From Lama guanicoe (lineage: Eukaryota): a stretch of 64,000 bases of DNA. The stretch covers positions 7,847,367 through 7,911,366 of the forward strand of contig MU054220.1 in NCBI GenBank assembly GCA_013239625.1, in the 5' to 3' direction. Both the position numbers and the translations under genes were made by a program. Under the pieces are notes generated by a model. That model searched no databases. It saw only the letters and a program-made list of their open reading frames with translations, and was not told where the DNA came from. Shown piece by piece: positions 52,828 through 64,000 of this stretch. The first letter of the stretch is position 1; each line of letters opens with the position of its first letter.

Positions 52828-53174
52828 CAGTAAGCAGATCTTCATAATATGAAGAATGAATGACTGTGGAATTATGCATGATTTGCCAGTAAAAGTAGAA
52901 GAGATATAATTATTTATCTAGGTGATGGTTTATCAAGAAGATATTTGATATCCACCAACGGGCCTGTGTATTACTTTGAAAATCAATGTTACACAGGGTT
53001 TTAAATTAATCTTAATTATTTTCTTCTCAACATCACTTCTCTCACTAAACTGATCAAATATTTAACAAAATGGATTCCACAGCTACTGATCCAGTTAATG
53101 TAAAATTACAGGAGGGTAGACCATGTAGACCAATTGTTTTTTACATTCCCATGATAAGGTGGAAACAAACTAAC
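52828..53174 (-). pseudogene. Two exon remnants (53046-53174 and 52828-52963)
   Basis: First: tttag|...SLFPPYHGNVK...KYLISL|gtgag vs GREB1 GNFPYLCGNLN...YYLVQL. Second: acacag|GPLVDIKYLLDKPSPR*...YYEDLLT|gtgagc. 82-nt intron between them. Confidence 0.7.
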
Positions 53175-53645
53175 CTAAATGCACAAAATAATGATTCACT
53201 CTACATTTCCAAGGAAAAGAGATTCCACATCAACTTAATTCCTTAGGTTAATTTTTCTGAGAATTATACTTATGTCAATGGAACCCCCTGCCATGAATCC
53301 TAAACCCATTTTCACTTTCCTTTTCCCTTTATTATTCCTAGAATTATTGGAAAGTACTATCCTATTATTCTATGACTCAATGGAAACTTGTAGATTTTTC
53401 TTGGAGTTATCAAATCCTATTATCATTGTTTTGCATTAGAAACTAAGCAGTTTTTGCAACTGGAAGGAGGAAGAAGTAGGCAGGTAGTTGCTGATGTGGG
53501 ATTTATAATAAATCACTAGTAGGTAATTCAAACTGACAGTTGCTAATAGAGAACCACACGTGAAAGATGATTAAAATGTTTTTCTTTCCTGTATTATTAA
53601 ATGCTTGATGTTTCCAAATGTTTTGAATATACTCTAAGACTTTAC

Positions 53646-53889
53646 CTCTAAAAATCTGGTTTATAAGAATTACTACAGGTGGGGCATAGGATAACTGATA
53701 CGTAGAAGGAACACTGAGAAGGAACCAGGCAGATTCAGGAGGTGGGTTTAGGGCAATTGGAGATGTGCATCCTGCATTTGTCCTCTTTGTCTCCTTACGT
53801 TTATTAAACATGCTTGGTTTCACCATGTCCATAGTGATCTATGTAATATTGTTGGCCATACTCCGTGTCACACACTTTATGTGTGTCAC
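53646..53889 (-). pseudogene. Exon remnant with one net frameshift
   Basis: gtcag|GT GAC ... AGA G|gtaaag; 244 nt (3n+1), which explains the two overlapping ORFs in the track. Ends LSVPSTY...QIFRG vs GREB1 VSVPDN...VIFKG. Confidence 0.7.
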
Positions 53890-54289
53890 CTGACAGTATC
53901 ATTAAAATCATAAAGTGGTTATTATATAATCCATTTGACAGTTGATGAGAATAACGACTAGAAATTTCCGAAATCACACATTTAATATTGTGGTGAAGTT
54001 CAAACTCAAAATTCATCTGATATCAAAGTTGACGGTTTTACCCATGACATCATTTTTTCTCAGTACAGTTCATGAAAACAGAAATGGAATCACGAATTTT
54101 AACGAGTTTATTAGCTAAAAAGCAGATTTACGTCTGCTGAATCAAAATCTCTGGAGCGAGGGTCCAGGCACCCATCTTTGTTAAGGCCTCCTCAGGTATA
54201 TTATATTATTTAGTTTACACAAATAGTTTCATTTCATCTTTCAACCAGAACTCCACTTGAATAGAGGAAAGAATAACTCAGTTAAACAC

Positions 54290-54407
54290 CCTGGCTTGAG
54301 GATATACTGTAGGGCTGAATAACAGGAGTGACACCACAGGTGACCACTTTGATGTGGGACAGAGAAGCTGGCACAACACTCAAATTATGAAGTAGTGAGG
54401 AAACGTC
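54290..54407 (-). pseudogene. Possible exon remnant (low-conservation linker)
   Basis: Open frame DVSSLLHNLSVVPASLSHIKVVTCGVTPVIQPYSISSSQG ending CAG G|gt in phase 1, matching the next exon. Acceptor is degenerate. Confidence 0.35.
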
Positions 54408-54544
54408 CATTGGAATAAAAACATTAAAACAACGAATTATTATTTCACAATTTATTATTTCACTATGGCTATCAGGAAGATTGGCCATATTTCTTATGAT
54501 ACATTTTGATGTTCAGAAAACACCCACTTTTATTTAGATTACAG

Positions 54545-54950
54545 TTCTGTCATTAGCAAGTTGGGCTGGTCTCAACCAGGTTGTTCTGTTATTTTCTTGA
54601 ATGGGCTCACTCAGACGCCTGGGTTCGCTTCTGGGTCACGTGGAGACTGGGTTGGTCTAGGATATACTTATTTGGGATGGTTTTTCTCCCCTACACATGG
54701 TTTCTCTGACATCAACCAGTAGGCAATTCCAGGATCATTTTATCTGGTGTCTGGGCTCCCAGAAACATCAAGAGCAGAAGCCACAAGGCGTAAAATAAAA
54801 AATGTGTGGGGACTGACACTATGTATGCTCAGAGGAAGTCACAGACTGGGCAGATACAAGGAACGAAGGGGAAGAAGAGAGAACAAAACTTTATCTCTTA
54901 ACAAAAGTAGCTACAAAGCATGGTAGCCAATTTGCAAATTTCAACAACAG
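54545..54950. mobile_element. Old MLT1-type LTR fragment
   Basis: tgggctcactca, agagcagaagccacaagg, aagtcacagactgggcagatacaagg. Confidence 0.55.
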
Positions 54951-55269
54951 TTGTTAAGATAGGGCTATATATGTCACACATCATAATGATCCAATATTAG
55001 TATGTAGGTTGTGAAATTTTATTTTCTTGTGTATCTCTAGTAGGCAGAGAATTTAGAGGGAGAATCCAGGTCCAGCTAAGTGGCTGGCAGTCGTAAATGG
55101 TTACCCCACTGAAAGCCTGTCGAGCCCTTTCCCAGATACTTCAAACAACAGCTTCAACTCCTTTTATAGGTTCCATTTCATTTGACTGCACTTGTTGTTC
55201 ATTGTTTAAAAATAATAGTATTACTTTCAATTTCAGTGAAGATGATCATCTTCAAAGTAAATTATCTTA

Positions 55270-55640
55270 ACAGCAAAAGTTGTATTCCCTCAAAATTCAT
55301 ACATGTAAGTCCTGACTCTCATACCTCAACATGCGATGAAGTTAAAGAAGTAATTAAGATAAAATGAGGTCACATCCAACGTGACTAATTTAACGTGACC
55401 GGTGTCCTTATCAGAAGAGATCTGGACACAGGTGCACGCAGAGGAAAGACCATGTGAAGACCCAGGCAGGGAGAAGGCATCTACAAATCCAAGGACAGAG
55501 GCCTCAGAAGCAAGCAAGCCTGTGACCAACACCTAGGTCTCTGATTTCCAGCCTCCAGAGTCGTGAGAAAATAAATTCCTGTTGTTTAAGCCACTCAGAT
55601 TATGTATTTTCTTTATGGCAGACCTAGCAAACTAATGCAT
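55270..55640 (+). mobile_element. MLT1-type solo LTR
   Basis: ctcaaaattcatacatg, tgaccggtgtccttat, tttccagcctccagag, tgagaaaataaattcctgttgtttaagcc. Confidence 0.8.
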
Positions 55641-55949
55641 GCTCTATCTATCTTAACTTCTTTTTTGTTGTTGTTGATTGTTTAGAACACTTCAAAATGC
55701 TTACTTTGATTAGTTTTAATCACTGGTAGTAAAAGATCCTGAAAAGCCATGGAGAAGGATGAAAAAATATAGCTAATGATAAGAAAATTAAATGTTTGAG
55801 AAAAATACTAGTATTATTTTTCATTCAGTAAAGATAGCCATCTTGAAATTTTGAAGCATATCTAGGACTAATAATAATATCTTATATATAAAGTCATTTG
55901 CATACATCGCATTAATAGACACGAATGAACAATTAGATACTTTTGAAAT

Positions 55950-57125
55950 TACCTCTTGCTGGCATAATGAATTACCTGAAACACAGTGGCTGAAAACAAT
56001 AGTTTAGTATTAGCTTTCACACTTCTGCAGGTTGACTGGTCTCCACTGGATAGACCTCTCTTCGGATTTCACACGGGGCTGCAATGGGAAAACCCCTGGG
56101 GCTGAGAGCATGTGAAGCCTCAACTGGTCTTAGCCGAATAGTCTCTTCATTCTCAGGGCGGACACATCAATTTTCCTGACCCACTCTTTCTCTCCATGTG
56201 GGATTTCATCCTATGCAAGTGGTTTGGTTTCTCAGAGCAAGGTGGTTCCAAGGTAGTCACACTTCTTACATAGTAGCCAGCTTCCAAGGAGCAAGAAGCA
56301 GAAGCTAAGAGGCTAACTGAAGGTTCCACCCAGCGATGGCTATTTGTAGAAGCAACAAATCCTACCCATTTTTAAGAGGATGGAAATAGGACTTGACTTT
56401 GTTTTTTAATTGAAGTGTAGTTGATTTGCAATGTGGTGTTAGTTTCTAGTATACAGCATAGTGATTCAATTACACATTTATATATATCGATTATTTTTCA
56501 TATTCTTTTCCATTATAGCTTATCACAAGATATTGAATATAGTTCCTTATGACATACTCTGGACCTGGTTATTAATCTGTTTTATATATAGTAGTTTGTA
56601 TCTGCAAATCCCGAACTCCTCATTTACCCTTCTCCCACACCTTTCCCCTTGGGTAACCGTAAGTTTGTTTTCGATGTCTGTGAGTCTGTTTCTGCAGGTG
56701 ATCCACTGATCCCACTCTTGGACATATATCCAGAGAAAACTCTTATTCAGCAGATACATGGACCCCAATGTTCACAGCAGCACTATTTACAACAGCCAAG
56801 ACATAGAAGCAACCTAAATGTCCATCAGCACATGACTGGATAGAGAAGTTGTGCTACATATATACAATGGAGTGCTACTCAGCCATAAAACAGAATAAAA
56901 TGATGCCATTTGCAGCAACATGGATTTACCCAGAGGTTATCATACTAAGTGAAGTAAGCCAGAAAGAGAAAGACAAATACCATATGATATCACTTACATG
57001 TGGAATCTTAAAAAAAATGACACAACGCAGTTCTTAATGGGAGTGTGGCAAGGTAGCACTGCAAAAAGCATGTGGGAGAGGAGATACGGCTGTAGCCATC
57101 TTTAGAAATAAAATGTGCCATAATC
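55950..57125. mobile_element. MLT1 LTR interrupted by a 5'-inverted L1 (56400-57025)
   Basis: L1 3' end on minus (56400-56695) abuts upstream L1 sequence on plus (56697-57025; ORF ECYSAIKQNKMMPFAATW). Confidence 0.75.
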
Positions 57126-57839
57126 ATCAACATCATTTTACTGATAAGGAAAACGAGTCAGATGGACTGGATGACCTCTCCAATATGTCATAGCTAGTGG
57201 CTGACAGAGCTGTGACTCACCCAGGTCCACCTAGAACTAAGACCCAAAGTTTTTCCAAAAACCACGAAAATTAATGGCCACTATTTAAAGCACATGTGTA
57301 TAAATACACATGCACATATATACAAACACGCACAGGCATTAGGTAAACACAATTTGGGAAGTCTTGTCATTATGACATAGTTGTTAGAAATCTACTATGC
57401 AAACTTTATCCATATAATTTCCCACATGAATATTAAGAAATAAATCCCATCAGGATTTAGCCCACATTGTACTGTAACACAAACAGATTAGAAAATGTAC
57501 GGTGTTATTTTGATGCTAAGTTTGGTCATAAGTTTTATTCTGATCTTGTCCCATGCCCTGATAAGGTGGTATCATTAACTATAATCAATCTTTTAAAATG
57601 AGGAAGAACAGGCAAATATTTAGGTTATTTGTCTTAGTCTATCAACATGTACGCGGTTTTATATGACGTGTTAACAAGACAATGATTTGGGTACCTTAAT
57701 TAACCTAATTAAGATACACCCGAATGCACACACTCAGAAAAATGCTTCGGTAAAACAGAGATAATAGTATCAAATATTACATATTTTTTGGAAGACAGAC
57801 TGGCCATTCTTATGAACAACCAAATGCAATTTTTACTTG

Positions 57840-58335
57840 TTACCAAGATGGTCTTAACGTTCCCCTCAGCTTGACTAAACTTTAAGCAGGTATCTTTCTG
57901 CCTAGAGGCCCTGACCTTCCTTTCCTTAGATCATTTACTTCAGAAAACCTGCGATCATAAATTCTTTCTGTACCTCTTAAAGATGTAAATCTTCTACAAT
58001 CCAGGCATGTCTTTCTCAGGGAATTAGGAGCCATCCCTTCTTTGCAACAGAATCATCAAGAATGACAGGGCCCCTGTTTCCTAGTCACTGTTGGAGATCA
58101 GGAAACTACCTTTCATAAAGCACCAATTAGCAAACACAGACCCAGTCATCACATTCACCAAACTTCCCTCTAAAGGGCTCCAGTATTTGTCCATTAACTC
58201 ACGCCAGCGTTTAAAATCCCCCCTGGTCTTTTGTTTCAGATGAGCTCAATCTCTCGCTCTTATTGAAACAGTCTTGAACCCTACTGCAATGGTCTTGAAT
58301 AAAGTCTTCTCCTCTTGTACAATTTTTCTTTGACC
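57840..58335 (+). mobile_element. ERV1-type solo LTR (MER34/39-like)
   Basis: tgttacc...cagcttgactaaacttta...tttaaaa...ttgaataaagtctt...tttctttgac. Confidence 0.55.
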
Positions 58336-58887
58336 CTTGAAATAAGTTTGCTCTTTGTTAGATGCAGATTTACTTAACAGACTGCTCTCACTGGTTCCTC
58401 TCTGACATTCCACAACTAGAGTCCTAGGGGCTTAATGTGAATGTTCTTTGACACCAAATAGAAACAATGTTTAAAGTACTTTGCAAATACAAAATAACAC
58501 GATTTAAGCACTTCAATAGTGATGACCATAATGATGACGGTGATGATGCTCGATAAGACAAATATTAGTGATATTCATATAAAGCTAAAACCACAAAGTA
58601 AACATGATACACATGTCATGTTTAAGGCTCAAATGTCCAACCTCTTGCATTACCTAAGCTGCTATTTCCGGGAGGTAACAAGCAAACAAAAAGGTGTATA
58701 TAAATGAGGATTAAAGGCATGACAAATTGTTAGTCTTATACCGATGTGTCAATAGTCAAAGATCGCGGTGGTTTTATTAATTAAAAGTAGGCTTGGGGGG
58801 TTTGTTTCTAAAAATGCTTAGTGAAAGCTGTATTACCAAAACTTAAAAAAGAAAAGAGAAAGAAAAAAACTGGAGAAAATCACTTAC

Positions 58888-59363
58888 ATTCAAAGGATTA
58901 TGTATCTTGGAGATGACTCCAGTAATGATGTGATTGACAAAAGAACTTACAGGGTTTTTTTTCATTTTTGTTTAATAAAAATTGATTGTGCTTATTACAG
59001 CTTCATGCCATCACTCTATTGCAGGAGCTGAGGAGGCATTTTTTGATAAGTCCTATTTGCAGCCACTTACAGCCTTCAAAAATGTGTTGGCTTGAAATTC
59101 ATCATCATTTTCCTCCTCATTCCTAAATGAGGATTTTCACTGAAAATTTGGTGAAATTCCATTCTCCATTTTTTGAGTTACTGAAGCAATAAAATTAGAT
59201 ATTTTTCACCTGCATGTTGTTTTAGGTACAATTTGAAGTATTTTTCTGGTGAAGGTCACTGAAGAAAGCTCTGGTATGAGCACAGTTCCAAAAGTAAAAA
59301 GATTTTTATTTGACATTTTATATATCAAACATTCTCTATCACATTGGGATTTAAAGTTAAAAC
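58888..59363 (-). pseudogene. Exon remnant, GREB1 N-terminal domain region
   Basis: Starts GF after a pyrimidine tract (acceptor reads TG, apparently mutated). Shifted frame gives PSPEKYFKLYLKQHAG vs GREB1 PKKQKHLKYYLVRNAQG. GTAAGT donor at 58887-58882. Confidence 0.65.
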
Positions 59364-59426
59364 CAAATACACAAACGAAGAAAACAAAACAGCAATTTCT
59401 GTTTATTCTTAAATGACAGGATTTAC

Positions 59427-59724
59427 ATTTGCCAACTCTCATTTCATGGTCTTTAGTTCTTTTCTCTTATGTTACATAGGATTCAATAAGTAGTTTATTT
59501 TATGTCTTCCGCTGTAATCTAAAAGAATAAATGCTTCAATACTCTTTTGATTAGCATTTAAGCTACCTTAAAGGTAATATTCAGTGTTAAAAATAAATGC
59601 ATTTGTGTGATTTTTTTCGTAAATTTCTCTGTGTGAGTGAAACCATTGTAACAAAAAGACTGCATGACTTTATCTGGATTCCATGTCTAGCCAGTAGATC
59701 TGGACCATGAAAGTAAAGAACAGG
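59427..59724 (-). pseudogene. Two 5' exon remnants (about 59644-59724 and 59427-59566) of the GREB1-like pseudogene
   Basis: tttaag|GT AGC..., translating GSLNANQKSIEAFILLDYSGRHKINYLLNPM*HKR, compared with GREB1 AGFLLVGVKSPSLPDHLLVCAVDKR. The upstream mini-exon ends SFCYNG in phase 1, which is compatible. Confidence 0.5.
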
Positions 59725-60224
59725 CTTGAAAGTAAAATTATTTGGTATTATTTTAATTTAAAAATGATTTTCATTAAAATTAAATAAAAATTAGAAAAAT
59801 AATAAAAGAAAAATTAAATGAATAATAAAAATCTCCCAAATCTCTATCTCGACAGCCGTTCATAACAATGTAAACGAAGTGTTTCCTAGGAGCACTTTCA
59901 CACACACATACACACACATGTATGTACGTAACATCACATCCCTTGGGATAAACTATAAAAAGCCCTGTCAAAATATAACCTTATCGTAATACCTCCACTT
60001 CAGCAGCACAGCGGGCACCTCCTCGTCGTGAAAGCAGCAGCACTGCTCTCAAATGAACATTTTTTAAACGTGTACAAAGTTTTCTTTGGGTGTGCGTTTG
60101 AGAGAGGAAGAGAGAAAGAGAGATGGAGGGGAGGGGAGAGCAAACCTTAAGGATCAATGATTACATGGTTGGCGGTCAAAGTCATGGCGGGCTGTTACTG
60201 AACTTCTAAGTGGGGAGGTATCTC

Positions 60225-61150
60225 TTACTAGCATTTCATGAATCAGCTGAGCTCGATCTTCTGGATGACTTGCTGCAGCTTTTGCATCAGCACTGGCTGC
60301 TTCAACTTGCACTGTTATGTGACGGGGGATGGCTTCTCTCCTTAAACCTCATGAACCAACCTCTGCTGGCTTCCAACTTCTTCTGCAGCTTCCTCACCTC
60401 TCTCAGCCTTCCCAGCACTGAAGGGAGTTAGAGCCTTGCCCTGGATTAGGTTTTGGCTTCAGAGAATGCCGTGGCTTGTTTGATCTTCTGTCCGGATCAC
60501 TGAAACCTCCTCCGTGTAAGCAATAAGGTTATTCCCCTTTCTCATCCTATCTGTGTTCCCTGGAGCAGCACCTTCCAATTTCCTTCAAGAACTTGTCCTT
60601 GGCTTGAACAACTTGGCCAACTGTTTGGCACAAGAGGTCTAGGTTTGGGGTTATTTCAGCTTTCAACACACTTTATCATTTCTAGCTTTTGGTATAACCC
60701 GAGAGACTTTGGACTCCTTTCAGTTGAACACTTACAGGGGATTGTAGAGGTTTTAATTGGCTTAATTTCAATATTGTTGTGTCTCAGGGAATAGAGAAAT
60801 CCAAGGAGAGGGTGAGAGATAGGAGGACAGCCGGTCAGTGGAGCAGTCAGAACACAGACCATATTCATCGATTAAGTTCACCTCTTACACAGGTGTGGTC
60901 TGTGGTGTCCCCAAATAATTACAATAGTATCATCAAAGATTACTGCCCCCAGATCACCATAAACACACAGTAATACTGAAATTTTTGAAATATTGTGGGA
61001 ATTACCAAAACGTGACACAGATATATGAAGTGAATAAATGCTGTTGGAAAAAATAACTTCGGTAGTCTTGTTTGACTCGAGGTTGCCCCAAACCTTCAAT
61101 TTGTGAAAAAATACAACATCTGTGAAGTGCAATAAAATGAGCCATGCCTA
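60225..61150. mobile_element. Tigger1 terminal fragment (repeated in part at 61504-62007 and 63361-64000)
   Basis: ccttaaacctcatgaaccaacctctgc, ttaatttcaatattgttgtgtctcaggga, tgtgaagtgcaataaaatgagccatgcct. Confidence 0.85.
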
Positions 61151-62360
61151 TATATTAGTTTCCTGAGGCTGACATAACAAAATGTATGACAAACTGGGTG
61201 GCTTAAATAACAGAGATGTATTGTCTTACAGCTCTGGAGGCCAGAGGCTGGCAGAGCAGTGCATCAGCAGGGTCGGCTACTTCTGAGGGCTGTAAAGGAA
61301 AACATGTCCCATCCCTCTCTCACAGCTTGAGGTGGTTTGCTGGCAATTTTTGGCTTTCTTTGGCTTGTAGATCTCAGCCTTCATCTTTAAATAGCGCTCT
61401 CCTTGTGCATGTGTTTATCTCCAAATTTCCCTCTTTTATAAAGACACCTGTCATGTTGGCTTAGGGGACCCCGGCTACTCCAGCATGATCTCACCCTAAA
61501 TGAGGGGTTATTTCAGCTTTCAACACACTTTATCATTTCTAGCTTTTGGTATAACCCGAGAGACTTTGGACTCCTTTCAGTTGAACACTTACAGGGGATT
61601 GTAGAGGTTTCAACTGGCTTAATTTCAATATTGTTGTGTCTCAGGGAATAGAGAGGTCCAAGGAGAGGGTGAGAGATGGGAGGACAGCCGGTCAGTGGAG
61701 CAGTCAGAACACACACCATATTCATCGATTAAGTTCACCTCTTACACAGGTGTGGTCTGTGGTGTCCCCAAATAATTACAATAGTATCATCAAAGATTAC
61801 TGCCCCCAGATCACCATAAACACACAGTAATACTGAAATTTTTGAAATATTGTGGGAATTACCAAAACGTGACACAGATATATGAAGTGAATAAATGCTG
61901 TTGGAAAAAATAACTTCGGTAGTCTTGTTTGACTCGAGGTTGCCCCAAACCTTCAATTTGTGAAAAAATACAACATCTGTGAAGTGCAATAAAATGAGCC
62001 ATGCCTATATATTAGTTTCCTGAGGCTGACATAACAAAACGTATGACAAACTGGGTGGCTTAAATAACAGAGATGTATTGTCTTACAGCTCTGGAGGCCA
62101 GAGGCTGGCAGAGCAGTGCATCAGCAGGGTCGGCTACTTCTGAGGGCTGTAAAGGAAAACATGTCCCATCCCTCTCTCACAGCTTGAGGTGGTTTGCTGG
62201 CAATTTTTGGCTTTCTTTGGCTTGTAGATCTCAGCCTTCATCTTTAAATAGCGCTCTCCTTGTGCATGTGTTTATCTCCAAATTTCCCTCTTTTATAAAG
62301 ACACCTGTCATGTTGGCTTAGGGGACCCTGGCTACTCCAGCATGATCTCACCCTAAGTGA
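60647..62360 (+). repeat. Tandem duplication, 2 x 857 bp
   Basis: 60647-61503 is repeated at 61504-62360; the ORF track repeats with offset 857. Confidence 0.95.
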
Positions 62361-62462
62361 TTATATCTGCAAGAACTCAGCTTCCAAAAAACATCACATT
62401 GTGAGGTACTGCGGGTCAGGACTTCTACATGGGAATTTTGGAAAAACACAATTCAACTTGTA
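62008..62462 (-). mobile_element. MLT1-type LTR (partial duplicate at 61151-61503)
   Basis: aaactgggtggcttaaataacaga, ttttataagacacctgtcat, tgaggtactgcgggtcaggact. Confidence 0.8.
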
Positions 62463-62619
62463 ATGAAATAAAAGTTTTCTACCTGGTTTTAGACCTCTTG
62501 CTTTTGAAGCTCCAGGGTGGGCAGACCTCAACAAGATAAAGAAAGACACAAATATCAGTTATAGAAGCTAGTATATATAGGAGCTATCCGTGGGAAGTGA
62601 GAGCTGATAATAGCACTTT

Positions 62620-62925
62620 TAAAACTTTAATTTTTAGAGAAATTTTAAGTTCAAAAAAATTAAGAGGAAGGTGCAGAGATTTCCTACATACCCTTGCCCC
62701 ACACACATGCATAATCTTCCCCAGTATAAACATCTCCCATCATAGGTACATTTTTTTACAACTGAGAAACTTACACTGACACATTATACTCATCCAAAGT
62801 CCACAGTTCACTTCACAGTTCACTCTTGATGCTGTGCATTCTCTGGGTTTGGACAATGTATAAAGGCATGCATCCACTATTATAACATGATACAGAGTAT
62901 TTTCACTGCCCTAAAACCCCTCTGC
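62620..62925 (-). mobile_element. L1MC-type 3' end
   Basis: tttttagagaaattttaagttca...catccaaagtccacagtt...ttttcactgccctaaaa. Confidence 0.7.
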
Positions 62926-64000
62926 TAGTCATCCTTCTCAGGCTTCATCAGTTAACAATTACTGATGGTAAAAACAATGATCTCGACAGCTGTTCATAAC
63001 GATGTAAACGCACAGTGTTTCCTAGGAGCACTTTCACACACACATACACACACATGTATGTACGTAACATCACATCCCTTGGGATAAACTATAAAAAGCC
63101 CTGTCAAAATATAACCTTATCGTAATACCTCCACTTCAGCAGCACAGCGGGCACCCCCTCATTGTGAAAGCAGCAGCACTGCTCTCAAATGAACATTTTT
63201 TAAACGTGTACAAAGTTTTCTTTGGGTGTGCGTTTGAGAGAGGAAGAGAGAAAGAGAGATGGAGGGGAGGGGAGAGCAAACCTTAAGGATCAATGATTAC
63301 ATGGTTGGCGGTCAAAGTCATGGCGGGCTGTTACTGAACTTCTAAGTGGGGAGGTATCTCTTACTAGCATTTCATGAATCAGCTGAGCTCGATCTTCTGG
63401 ATGACTTGCTGCAGCTTTTGCATCAGCACTGGCTGCTTCAACTTGCACTGTTATGTGACGGGGGATGGCTTCTCTCCTTAAACCTCATGAACCAACCTCT
63501 GCTGGCTTCCAACTTCTTCTGCAGCTTCCTCACCTCTCTCAGCCTTCCCAGCACTGAAGGGAGTTAGAGCCTTGCCCTGGATTAGGTTTTGGCTTCAGAG
63601 AATGCCGTGGCTTGTTTGATCTTCTGTCCGGATCACTGAAACCTCCTCCGTGTAAGCAATAAGGTTATTCCCCTTTCTCATCCTATCTGTGTTCCCTGGA
63701 GCAGCACCTTCCAATTTCCTTCAAGAACTTGTCCTTGGCTTGAACAACTTGGCCAACTGTTTGGCACAAGAGGTCTAGGTTTGGGGTTATTTCAGCTTTC
63801 AACACACTTTATCATTTCTAGCTTTTGGTATAACCCGAGAGACTTTGGACTCCTTTCAGTTGAACACTTACAGGGGATTGTAGAGGTTTTAATTGGCTTA
63901 ATTTCAATATTGTTGTGTCTCAGGGAATAGAGAAATCCAAGGAGAGGGTGAGAGATAGGAGGACAGCCGGTCAGTGGAGCAGTCAGAACACAGACCATAT

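Larger units (their letters stand above)
10576..59724 (-). pseudogene. Multi-exon unprocessed pseudogene of a divergent GREB1/GREB1L-family paralogue (not GREB1 or GREB1L itself)
   Basis: About 30 exon remnants whose manual translations match recalled human GREB1 motifs in the correct order: PSPEKYFKLYL~PKKQKHLKYYL; QIFRG|xSLFPPYHGN~VIFKG|HGNFPYLCGN; SSCKDS~SSCNDS; SILV*SRLEKD~SCLVRTALEQE; LCYIRPW~LYYRQW; APPRIDKVG~GPPQIGKTG; FTDESEEAISS~VTDKSHEYIKS; SLVLP~MLVLP; PQ/*VWFLIHKDI~PLFFLTGRHI. Many in-frame stops and frameshifts. Confidence 0.8.
59846..64000 (+). repeat. Direct duplication with about 3136-bp offset, running off the window
   Basis: 59846-60864 recurs near-identically at 62980-64000; ORFs 60210 and 63346 are identical. 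Confidence 0.95.

Noticed and set aside
53804..53889. VCDTEYGQQYYIDHY resembling a WW domain
   Set aside because: No tryptophans or terminal WxxP; it lies in an exon better explained by GREB1 colinearity.
60210..63998. Repeated identical ORFs suggesting a gene family
   Set aside because: All lie in duplicated Tigger1/MLT1 sequence.

Overview
Mammalian nuclear DNA, AT-rich and repeat-rich. It is probably camelid, inferred from the style of the young L1 3' ends and the absence of recognisable Alu, BovA2, PRE1 or CanSINE elements. No intact protein-coding region is supported; the ORF track consists mostly of repeat-derived or chance frames. A CpG-island promoter at about 3.9-5.15 kb drives an unidentified minus-strand gene that leaves the window to the left. 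The main discovery spans about 10.6-59.7 kb on the minus strand: roughly 30 decayed exons (mostly AG/GT boundaries, often phase-compatible, with stops and frameshifts) whose translations follow GREB1/GREB1L colinearly from N-terminal domain to C-terminus at low identity. This looks like an unprocessed pseudogene of a highly divergent third GREB1-family paralogue. The GREB1 peptides were recalled from memory and aligned by eye, so a profile search must confirm this. Also present: a nested recent duplication (857 bp unit inside a ~3.1 kb offset duplication) at 59.8-64 kb, a tailless 5'-half tRNA-Val(CAC) retrocopy with target-site duplication, two 5'-inverted L1 insertions, and many old L1/L2/MIR/MaLR/Tigger fragments. 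Repeat family names and boundaries are by-eye estimates.
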